From NCBI RefSeq assembly GCF_016433145.1, contig NC_058135.1, forward strand, positions 191,476,118 through 191,540,117: 64,000 nt of DNA, in the 5' to 3' direction. Below are positions 42,201 to 54,300 of the stretch, one piece after another; the stretch's first letter is position 1; each line of letters opens with the position of its first letter. The notes below the pieces were generated by a model, which saw only the letters and a list, made by a program, of their open reading frames with translations, was not told the DNA's origin and did no database searches. Position numbers and translations under genes: made by a program. This DNA comes from Gracilinanus agilis. Lineage: Eukaryota.

Positions 42201-45200
42201 TATATAATAGGGGAATATTATCCTTTTCCTTATTCTCATCTCTGTTTACTCTCCATCAGGGAATATTATTCACTTCCATTACTTCAGCTATTAGCTATGA
42301 CTTACAAACAAGGCTATAACCCAGGATAATGAGATATAAAGGGTACATGCTTCCTCTTTGTATTGGCACCCATTTTGTACATGATGACTAAAATGATCAC
42401 ACCTTCCTTTGTGGTATTCTCCTGGCATACATTTCATCCCCAGAGTCATATCATTGTGTCCCCTCTCTCTTGAGGTCTACCTTCCCCAATTAATCTAAGA
42501 ACAAGAGATGGACTGAGAGATGACTTCACCTCTGCATCAGATGTCAGAGAGTTCTCTGTATTTCCAGTCTCTTCCCCCTACCTGAGCACTGAATTTGCTC
42601 TATACTCAAGAATTACAAGTTAATGGCCTTGGCTCAGGTATAGAATCATCTAAACTACTCTGAGCCTCATTTCCATTATCTCAAGCAGTCTGCTGGATAC
42701 ATAGATGTCCTACTGCACCTCAAATTTAGAAATCCAAAACGGAACTCATAATCTTCTTTCCCTAATCCTGACCAATCTCCCAATTTCTCTTTCTGACTAA
42801 CTGGATTACTTCTTTCTGTACAAGGATATAGTAGTTGGTTTTTTGTTTGTTTGTTTTTCGGAAAAGATAAACCATTATTAGTTTATAAAACTAGTATCAC
42901 TATTTTCTCGATCGGTTTATATTTTCTATTCCCTTTCCAAACCCCAAACATTTTCTATTCTTCACCAGGATTTAAACCACATTATTTTCTTATATATTTT
43001 TTCCATTTATTAGTATTTACCTCAAGAAAATCTTTAGGAGCATAAACGGGTCTGAAAAGGCTCAAATCTAGAATGAGAAAGATTGAAACAAAACTTCACT
43101 TAAAACCTTAATTGAGCATTAACATTAATCAACTACATGAATTTGATTAATACTATTTTATAATGTTATTATACAAACAGATGATAGAAGTCCTATGTCA
43201 CAACCAAAAAAATAACTTTTACCCCTCCATAAATTTGTAAGGGCTCATTTATATAAATTTGAATTGATAAAATATCAAACTAACAAATAGCAAAAAACAA
43301 CTTTAAGTGAGGGCAATATATTTTTCTATTTTATTAAAGTTAGTTATATATACCAGACCTAAGTCATAAAACCATAAACATAAACAAAGTTGTTTTATTT
43401 AAACAACACCAAAAACTGTTTTTATAAAGCCTTTTATTGCTTACAAAGAGATTTCCTCACAATAAACCTTGGTTAGGTAGTATGTTGTCCCTATTTTATA
43501 TGTAAAGAAAATAAACTGCAAAAAGTGATTAAATGACTTACACATGGTTACACAGTGAATAACTGGCAGAGCCCAGATAAAAACAAGGATTTGTATTAGC
43601 CAAATCTACTGCTTTTTCCATTATTTCACATTATTTTTAAAAAAAGCTTGGAAAATGCCAGTTTATATCATGTTACTTAACAGATCTTTAAAATACAAAC
43701 TAACTCTCTGAAAACATTCACTTTGAATATGTATGGACCTAGAAGTTAGAAATTTTTAAAGATTCAATGATAAATTCTCAAAATTGCTTAGGATAATATG
43801 TTAATTTGGTTAGAATTTTTAAAAGGTAGAATAAAAAATAAAAATACATACTAGATATGTATGCATACATAAACTTACATATATAATTTCAATTATATAA
43901 ATTTAATAGGTATGAAAATAAGCCTCTAACTTTCCCAAATAAGTGTTACATATGCTATTTTAAATTCATAATTTTGGACAAAAGAATTTTGTATTGCTCT
44001 TTCCACTTAAGGAAAAAAATAATTTTACATACCTGGTTCATCAGTTCCCATTTCATTCCATTTGTTGAGAAGTTCCTTTTGCTCTACAACTGGTCTCTTT
44101 GGGGGAAAAAAAGATTATTTTGCAACTTAAAAAACTTTATGAAGTTTAGCAATGACTCTGAAAACAAATATTTTCTCAAATTGTTGTCCTAACATGAGAA
44201 TAAATTTTATTGTAGATAGTGACTTTGCTAATTAACTTAGAGACTTCTTTTTTACTTTTCACTCTGTCTCTGTCTAGCAAAGTCCTATCAAGTAAAATTT
44301 CAGTAACTGTACCACCAATTACTATTATATAAAATCTACTTCCTTGCCAATAAATCAGTTTCTATAATAATGGTAGCAGTTATATTGATTAGCTCTTTTC
44401 AGACTCCTCATATTCCTGAAAAGATTTGTAATTCCCAGTGCTGCTCTAGTACTGAGTAGATGCTATTTCTGGTACTACCAATGTAATATTAGAGACATTC
44501 TCATAATGCCTGAATTTTTCACACCTGAGTACCAGACAAGGAAGCACCACAGACAGGGGACACTAGGCTTAGGATTTAATAATAGGAAGAAGAAAAGTAA
44601 TAGCTACATAAGATAATACATCTTTAGAGAAATTGTCTTATGCTTAAGTAAATGGATTTTCTTCAGTGATGGAAGGAAGGTACTTAACAGTTATTATGTT
44701 AGGTGATTATAAGCTGGATACACAATGAGATTACATAAACTGCTAAAAACAGCCACCATGGAATATCCAGGCTGAATTCAGATTCTCAGTGGTAGAATGA
44801 GCCTAGCTAGTAGTACTTAGGAAAGGGTATGGGGAGCACCAAGTAGCTACTGCACTAGGATTTGTAGTTATGGTTACACTGTTTCTAAATGGGCTATATA
44901 ACTCTAGGTTATTTTTTTTAAAGGCCAAATTATCAGAAGGATTTGACAGAGAAAGAAGGATTGAGGGTTTGGGGGAAGTTGGTTGGTTTACAGAATTTAT
45001 GTTGAAGGCAAAAAGAACAGTGTTGACTGATATGTTTTAGCCTACAACATAAAGTTATAGATCTTCTCCAACAGAGGAACTTTGATAGAAAGAGAAGTCA
45101 ATTTTGAGTCAGAGGACATAGATTTATAACCTGAGTCTTACTGACTCTTATGTGTCTGTTTGTCTATCTATGTATCTTAGACAGACATACAGACACTTAC

Positions 45201-48200
45201 CTTCCATCTTAGAATCAATACTAAGTATCAGTTGGTTTCAAGGCAGAAGAGCAGTAAAGGGCTAGGCAATTGGGGTTAAGTCACTTGCCCAGGGTCACAT
45301 AGGAAGTCTATTAGCCAGATCTGACACTATCCTCCACTGCTACCTAGCTGCCTCCGTAATGCATGTTCTCATCATATATAGGTGTATATAAGCCACTAAA
45401 GGGCATCACTTTTATCTTTCCTCCTTCTCTTTTGACTCTTTTCTCTTTTACTCAAAATGAAATGGCAGATAGATGTGGTTATAGTTGAGGAAACATGGTG
45501 AAATTTCATAAGGGGAGAATGATTCTAGTTACTTTTTCCCTAACTCAATCTATGGTTTATAATATTTTGTTTAATTTTTTATGATAACAGTAATACTACT
45601 AGTCCTCATTTCTGACTAAGGGAATCAAAAATGAAAGTGGCATATCTAAAAGGCGGACAATATATACATTTACATTATCCATGGCTTAAAGATTCCATGA
45701 TTAAGATGACTCATCTGTGGGGGAAAAAATGAAAAAAAAGGTACATATTTCCACTTAAGAAACTATTTTTAAGAAGAAAAAGTATGTCATAAAACATTTT
45801 TCTAGTATCCACAGAAGATTGAATTGCCATTCCTTATGAAAATTCACCCATAGTTTTCTCAAAAGAAATTGTTATACTCTTTGAACAATACAGAGAAATA
45901 TGTATTTCTTCTAGCTATGCTCTAACTATTCTTATGGAACCTTCCATGAATATTAACTTTCCTTTAAATATATATCAGCAATAAAGCTGGTAATAATACC
46001 TTTCGTGCCAGTGGGATACTTAGTTCGGTACACATACTATTCAGACTCTTCAAAATTCTTTTCTCCCAACTTCCCTGAAATATACAACAAAATTTAGTTC
46101 ATTAAAATATGATTCATATGAAAGATCTATGGAAAGGAAATAGAGAACAGAAATATTTTTAAATGGTGGTCAGTTATCTTAATTTTGTTAATAAGACATA
46201 TTGGTAATTGAAAGAACATTAAATTAAGTTTTAAACATTTTTTGAAATGTTTGATGAAAATCAATTATTACTGAATCATTAGCAATATCTTGTTGTTTCA
46301 ATACAAATAGCAAATTATTTGATTTTATTCTTCACATGGAATATATTAGGTCACAACATAAGCTGTCACTGCAAAGGTTTTTTGTTATACTTTAAAAATT
46401 TATCTAAAGAGTAACAGAACATTATGACTATCAATTCATGGAGATTCAAAGAAATAAAAGTTAAATAAATAAAAGCAAAGAGTAATTAAAATTCAACTAC
46501 TTAGAGAGAATGTTTCCATTAGATTTCCTTTCTATATGTTAGTTATCAATCAATTGGCAAACATTTATTAAGTATCTATTCTATGCTAGGCATTGTGGTG
46601 GGCCCTGGAGTTACAAAGCCAAAAGTGAACAAAAAAATGATACCAGCAAACAGGATTTGGGATTGAGAAAAGCTTCATATAGAGTTTGAGCTAATCCTTG
46701 AAGGAAACCAAGTATTTGAAGACATCTAGGTGAATTAGGAGTGCATTCCAGTCAGTGAAGATATTCCCCAAAACATACGATGTGTACAGGGGATGTCTAA
46801 TTATGTGTGTAATTATCATGAAAATGTAAATTAAGTTCAGGTAGTAGAGGTCTTTAAAATCCCAAATAAAGAGCTTGCACTAAATCTTAGAGATAATAGG
46901 GAGTCACAGATTTTTGTAGATTAGGAAGTAACATGATCAGATCCTCTACTTTGGGAAAATCACTTTGATCTCTGAGAAGGATAAATAAGAGAGAGGAGAC
47001 AAATGAGGCAGAGAGATTAAGAGGTTATTTCAAAAGTCTAGAGCAGTGATGGGCTAAGTATGGCCCACGGGCCAGATGTGGCCTCTGAAATGTTCTATCT
47101 GGCTGCCTGACATTATTCCTAATCTGATGAATACAATGAGTAGGATACAATACAATGAAACTTAAAAAGAGTTGCCTTAAAAACAGACTGACAGATGAGC
47201 ATTTCCTTTCCTTTGGCCCCCTCTTTAAAAAGTTTGCCCATCACTCATCTAGAGCAAGAGATGATAACGGCCTAAAATAGTAGTGTTCCTGTAGATGGAG
47301 AGAAGAGAATGGGTGGAAGAGATATTGTGGAAGTGGAAACAAGATTTGGCAACTGACTGGTTATGTAGAATAATGAAATAAAGCACAGTGATGATAGACT
47401 TAGGGAACATAATGAAACATATTCTTATTGAACATAACCAGCCAGGAATTTGTTTTGATTGAGATAGTCTGATGGGAGATTATATGAAAAGAAAAAAGCA
47501 TACAAAGACAAAGTATATAAAGGACAAACTGAGCATAGNGAAGACCTTCACCACCCTAGACTGGTTAAATCCCAATCACTCTTTAAGTGCCCATTTTATT
47601 TACCATCATACAAAGGCTTCTGTAAGAAGGTGAGAGTGTTGCAGAGACTTAGAGGAAGCCAGAGCAAGCAAGGAGGTAGATATGAGAAGTGATAAGGTTC
47701 TAGGCACAGGGGACAGCTGGTAAAAATGCTGTCAGAAGACAGAGGGTTTGGTACAATAAACAACAAAAAGGCTGGTGTCACTGGACTAGAGTAAATGGAG
47801 GGCACTAATATGAAAGAAAACTGAAAAGGAAGAAAGGAACCAGAGCATGATGGGATTTAATTTTATCTTCTAGGTAATAGGGGTTGATAAGGTCAGATTT
47901 TGTTTTAGGAAGATTAACTTGATAGCTGAGTGGCAGATGGACTAGAGTTAGGGAAAATATATGAGTCAAAGAGACCAACTAGAAGACCATTAAAATAGTA
48001 CATGTGCTAGGTGATGAGGGTCTGCACTTGGGCAGTGGCAGTGTCAGAGAAGATAGGACTTAACAAATGATAAAATATGATAAGTGAGAGTGAGGAGTCA
48101 AAGATGATACCCAGATTGCAAGCTGAGTTAAAAGTTGGATTATAGCACCATCAAAAGTAATAATTAGGTGGCTCAGTGGATTGAAAGCTAGGCCTAGAGG

Positions 48201-51200
48201 CAGAAGGTCCAGGATTTAAATCTGGCCTCAGGCGCTCCCTAGCTGTGTAACTCTGAGCAAGTCACTTAACCAACTTAGCCCTTACCACTCTTCTACCTTG
48301 GAACCAATACACAGAATTGATTCTAAGATAGAATTTAAGGGTTTTTAAAAAAAAAGTATTAGGGAAATTCTAAGAGGGCAGGATTCAGTGGGAAAAGGTA
48401 ATCAATTTAGTTCTGGATATAGAGCACTCCAGCTCAAGGTGTCTAATAGAGAGTTGGAGATGTAAGACAGGAAGTCTAAAGAGAGGATAGAGGCAGACAA
48501 GTAGACCCGAGATTAATAATTAAAACAATGGGATCTAATGAAGTTACCAAGTAAAACAGTTCACAAGGAGAAGAGATGAGGGAAAGGACAGAATCTTGGA
48601 GGTTATCCATATTTAGGGCAACATGGATAAAGGTAATGAAAATCATCTAATGAGAAAAATAAGACAAGTTGAGTTTTACTGAGCTTTACACATCTTTTGA
48701 AATGCCAAGAAGGGAACTTTGCATACGGTCAGAAACTTAATAAACAATTGGTGAAAGAACAAAACAAGAAATTAGAGTAGTGGGCAGCTAGGTGGCTCAG
48801 TGGATTGTGAGCCAGTCCAAGAAAGGAGGTTGTTGTTCAAATCTGGCCTCAAGACACTTCCTAGTTGTGTGACCCTGGCAAGTCACACAAAAGAAATTTA
48901 AACTGGCAAATTATTTAATAGACAATGAGGGGAAAGTAAGCTTGTAGGTTGAGAACAGTAGGCATCAGTACAAAATGTAAAGGAAGCAATGGTTTCTAGC
49001 CCCTCAAGACTTGCAAAATAAATAAGAACTTTAAACATTGATTAAAAGGAAAATGAACAGTGACTATCCTTTTACATTAAAAAATTTTAATATAGGAAGA
49101 CATTTACCTTTTATTGTAACCTACTTCCTGTATAAATGAAATTACTATAACTTACATTCACTTTCCATTACAAGTGATATCTGCAGTATTGACTCAAAGG
49201 ATTTCAAATAGCTTCATATGTATTTTCTATGTCATGAATATCAAAAGCTTAGACCAAAAAAAAAAAAGAATGCCAGTGAATCAACAAAATCTTTTGAATG
49301 ACTGTTGGTAATATGTAATCATCTTTTAATATGCCTGTGACAAATAAGAATTTTTTAAGTCCTATCAATTTCTCCCCGTTACTTAGCATTGTAAAAAGGC
49401 CTTTGGACTTTGTAGATGTTACAAATTAGTCTTTGCTTCTTCCTCAAAACAACCATGCTCAATTGGAAAAACCGGTTTTAAGAAGGGATTCTAATATCTT
49501 TTGGCCAAAAGAAACTGTGAACATTCTAAAAATTAATAATAAATTCTAACTAAAACCTTGATCAACATTAGAACTTGGACAGTCATATTTTTCTACAAAA
49601 TAAGTATGTAAAATTAGATTTCTCTTGTATGTGTTCATAATAAACATAAAAAGGCACTAACTAGAAATTCTACATATCTCCCACTTCCCTTTGTAACACA
49701 AGATAGCTCTACCACTCCTCATCTATAGAATGAAGTGGATGAACCAGAAGAATTGTTATGATCCTTATAACTCTAACATTTAATGATTTTATGAACATAA
49801 ACACTTTTACAATCATTGCATCAAGGAACAAAGAACTAAGTAAGTAAAGCTTTAGCTGAAATTACTGGCAATTAATTCCATCTAAATTTCATTATCTTTC
49901 TGATGTCTTGGCTCAAAAAAGATCTATTTCACTTCAGATAAAAATTCTATGTATCACATTTATTCCATGATTATCAGATCTGCAAGCAACACCAAGTTAC
50001 ATTGGATAGCTGACATACTGAGTTATAGTCAGGATTCCACCAAACTGTCCTAGATATTAAAAAAAAAAAAAAGATGCTAACAGGAAAGTAAAGAAATGTA
50101 ACTTGGGTTACAAGTCAAAATAGGGAGAAAACTCCAACATGGGATAAAAAAAAATCAACCTTCCCAAGTGTAATATGGAGGAGATGTGGCTAGGAAAAAG
50201 GCCTCATAGAAAAAAAAAATGTAGATTTTTTTTAAAAAGAAAAAAGAAATTCAATGTATCTTAAAAAGTCAAAGGAGAAATTTTGAATATAATCAAACTA
50301 TGTCAACTTGACCTTTTCTAGGAATTTGCTAAAATACAAATACAATAATACTTTGATACTCCAGGGGAGTGTAAACTCATCAATGTGGGTATTCTTTCCA
50401 ATGAAATGAAAATGAAAATGAAAATAGCTAGCATTTACATAGTGCCTTAAGGTTTAAAAAGTACTTTACAAATATTATTTATTTTGACTTCATAACAACC
50501 CTGGAAGTTAAATACTATCAGATAAGGAAACTGAGGTAGGCAGAGTTTACAAGACATGTCCAGGATCATACAGCTAATAAGAGAGGCAATATTTAAACTC
50601 AGGTCTTCCTAAGTCAAAAACCAGTGCATTATGCAATACACTATCTAGCTGTCATGCACACCTAACCCTGTATGATTCTTATCCATCCTCTTCAAAAAAT
50701 CCTCCAAATATAGGCCTCCAACATGCTTAGGGACTTCCTCTAGTATTCTTGACAATAAATAAATCCATAAGCATTTATTAAGCAACTACCATGTGCCAAA
50801 CATTGTGCTAGTTGCTGGAGATACAAAATAAAATAAAAAATAATACAATTCCTGCCATCAAGGCCCTTCCTTTTTATTGGAGAAAACAATGTAAACACAG
50901 ACAAATAACAGGAACATATATAAACAAAGCAAACACAAAGCATCTTTGGAGGAAGGGGGCTAGCAGGTAAGAGAATCAAGAAAAATCTCAAGAGGGAATT
51001 GGCAACTGAGTTCAACTATGAAGTCATCTCTGGGTTCTAAGAGGTGAAGGAAAAAACAGAGGGAAAGCCTGCTTGGAAAAGGAGATGTAATGTGTACAAG
51101 GATCAACAAATAGGCCAGCCTGATGAGAATGCAAAAAGTGTGAAGGAGAGAAATCTAGAAAGACTCCAAAAAGCTTCAAATGTTTCAAGACTGTCCTGAA

Positions 51201-51257
51201 CATCAAACTCATCCTCAACCTCATTCATTTTCATATTCATGCACATGCGCATGCGCT

Positions 51258-51321
<64 letters not shown>

Positions 51322-54300
51322 TTACTCTCTCCCTCTCCCTTTCTTTCTCCCTCTTTTCTTCTCTTTCTCTTCTACATTTTTTGTTATATTTAAAATCTCA
51401 TAGCAATATACTATGGGATTTTTTTCTCCCAATTTCCCTAGGTGTTGCTATAGTTATTGGTTCTAAAGTTTTGACAAGAATAGTTAAACAGACACAAAAT
51501 ATTTTTTAGCTATATTGCTCATACCTCAGTGTTTGCTCATAGCTGCTCTTACCAAGTTTTCGCATAATGAAAAGATAGGATGTACTTATAAGATGAGTAA
51601 AGGTTTTTCACTTAATTTGGTGGGGAAAAATATGTATGAATGTACATTTAGGTAAGCAAATAATAGCTAACCTGTGCTTTTCTCATATATACCAAAGGTT
51701 CTTTTAGATGTTCAGGGGGTGCTGCTGGATGTCTAGGTAAAGGAAACCTGTAAAAAAATACATAAAAGGAGATTAAAGGTTTATATTACTTGTGACAGTT
51801 TGTGGATTCTGTAGATTTTTTAGAGTATTCTTATTACTACAATGTACAATATCAATGAAATAGGATGTTTATCAATAGTACTAAGAGCAAGATGCAAAGC
51901 AAGATGCTAATAAATTTTTGTGTTTTATCTTAGTAACAGTAACTGAAATTTTCATACAATATTAAAGTTTGCAATGGACTTTTTCACTTTCAGAATAAGT
52001 CAAGAGAAATCTTCTGTTCTGGGATGAATTTTAAAAGAAGTAATGTCAAGTGAAAGCAATTCTCTAAAGCTTTCTACTTTGCCCTAAGAGTTGGGAGAAA
52101 ATGATCATAGTAAGACATTTCAAAGGGGAAGTTAAAATTTTGGGCTTTCCCACCAAACGAAAAATATTTGGTATCTCAAACCTAGAACAAATTATATCTT
52201 TTAAAATGTTCTAAACTGTTTCATTTGCTTAAATAATTTTTAAAAACCCAAACTTTTTTCCATCTAAAAATGTTTCAAATCACAAACTTAACAAGCCTAT
52301 TGATCAGAGGAGAGAATCTATACAGTCATATGTGTGTTTTAGGCAATATCATATCTGCAGAAGACGTAAAAGCAGTGTGCTTTGTGTGATATGTATAATA
52401 TACAAAACCACATAATTTGAAGTAAAAGCACAGTGAAAATTATGCACTTTAACTATTTTAAAATTAAATCATCCCTTTCCAGAATCAAAATCCTGTGAAC
52501 ATTTATTAGTGCCTTAAGTAATAATGTAATTATCAGGAAATATTATCTAAAATAAAGATGTGGAAAAAAGGACATCATGAAACTTATTGAAACTAAGATA
52601 GGGTTCAAATTAAATAAGGTCAGAGGCTATGAGGATTCTTGTTTTATATCCATTGGAAAAGTCTAAAGAAGATGCTTTTTTTTAAGAAGCAAAAAATATT
52701 AGAAGGCCATTAATGTCAAATTTGTTCTTCAAAAGCAAGGGGTATGAACTAATGATGACAGATTAGTTCAAGCAGGAGATACATTTTAAATGCTTTAATA
52801 ATATATTTCTACCTTTCTCCCTAAGTTTAGATTTCCAGCTTTCATTAAGCAGCATGAATATCAAAGTAAAGAAGAGTATCTGGCCATCTTATCCATGAAT
52901 GCTTTTGTTGTTGTTGCTGTTCAACCATGTCTGACTCTTTGTGACTCTATGGATCATGGAGTTTTCTTGGCAAAGATACTAACATAGTTTGCCATTTCCT
53001 TCTTCACAGGATTAAGGTAAACAGAGGTTAAGTGACTTGCCCAGTGTCTGAGGCCAAATCTAAACTCAGATCTTCCATACTCTAGGCCCAGTTCTCTACT
53101 CACACTTAACCACCTAGCTACCTCCCTGAATGTTTAGAAAAGTTTAATTAGGTGAAGCCAAGATGACAGTTTAGTAGCAACAAAAGCTAAAACCACTCTG
53201 ACAATCCTTTCAAACCAAACTTTAAAAAGTGCTTCAAAATGACAGGAGTCAAAAACCAACAGCAAGATAGAGTGAGAGAGCTCTCCTCTTGAACACAACT
53301 TGAAAGATAGGTAGAGAGAGAATTTATTTTCATGGGATAAAGGGGAACTGGAAGCAAAACTACACAAAGAAGAGTGCTGTGCTGGCAGACCACTTCCCAA
53401 CCTACTTTGCCTGGGCATAGGCCAACTTTGGTATCCTGGGAACCTACCTACACCAACGACAGAGTACCATACATTTCAGACCCACCCCTGGTACCAACCG
53501 GCAGTGAGGTCTGGAAGTCGATAGGGCTTGGCTCTTTCAAGCCTGCCCTGTGGTGAAGCCCTTAGCCCCAGGGAAAAATGAAAAGTTTAATTAAAATTAG
53601 GTCAAATGTGAATGTCCATATGGTTTTTTTATTCTATAATATTCTGGAATCCCTAGTTGTTTCATGCTTATAACTACTACTATAGTTACATATTGTGATA
53701 TATACTTGTCATATATTTACATGCATATATTTGTACTAGACCTATTTACCTCAGTAAGTTTTATGTTCCTTCAGAGAAGAGACTATGTTTTCTAATTCTT
53801 TTAGCATTTTCCACACAGTTCTGCATACAGTACAATAAATATGGGATGAGTTAAAGAATAAAAATTATGGGTTAATTATATGGCGAAATATTTGGATATA
53901 TCTTTATGGGAAGTATGAGATTAATGAGAACAATGAGTTTATTTATCTCAACAAGTATTTATTGAGATACTGTTATGTGGCTAGTTTTGTGAAAGGAACA
54001 AAAGAAGTATTAAATAGTTTCTGGATTAAGGAGTTTATAATACAGTGAGAAAGAAAAAACATACAAATAAGCTACATAACAATATAGGGAGATTTATAAT
54101 TAATGATTAAAATGAGAAGTATAAATAATAGTTAATGTAGAAATTTAGGAAAAAACAACATTGTAGACTAAAATGATGGATTTTTACAGAAAATAAGAAA
54201 TTTAATTTAGACCCTATTTGTTAAAAAAAAAAGAGGATCTTTACACATTTCTGGAATAATTATAAAAATGAGTAAAACAAAGTTTGACATACATATACAC

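Noticed and set aside
47353-47474. C/D-box-like motif pair (gtgatga ... ctga) and a 14-bp inverted repeat (ctgactggttatgt / acataaccagccag)
   Set aside because: It is on the strand antisense to the host gene, so it could not be processed from TBC1D19 introns. The terminal stem is poor, I recognise no guide sequence, and it overlaps decayed L2.
47539-47539. Single ambiguous base n
   Set aside because: Assembly ambiguity, not biology; the nearby L2 junction should be treated with caution.
51180-51509. 109-aa ORF with SLSLSL run
   Set aside because: Translation of the (CT)n microsatellite.
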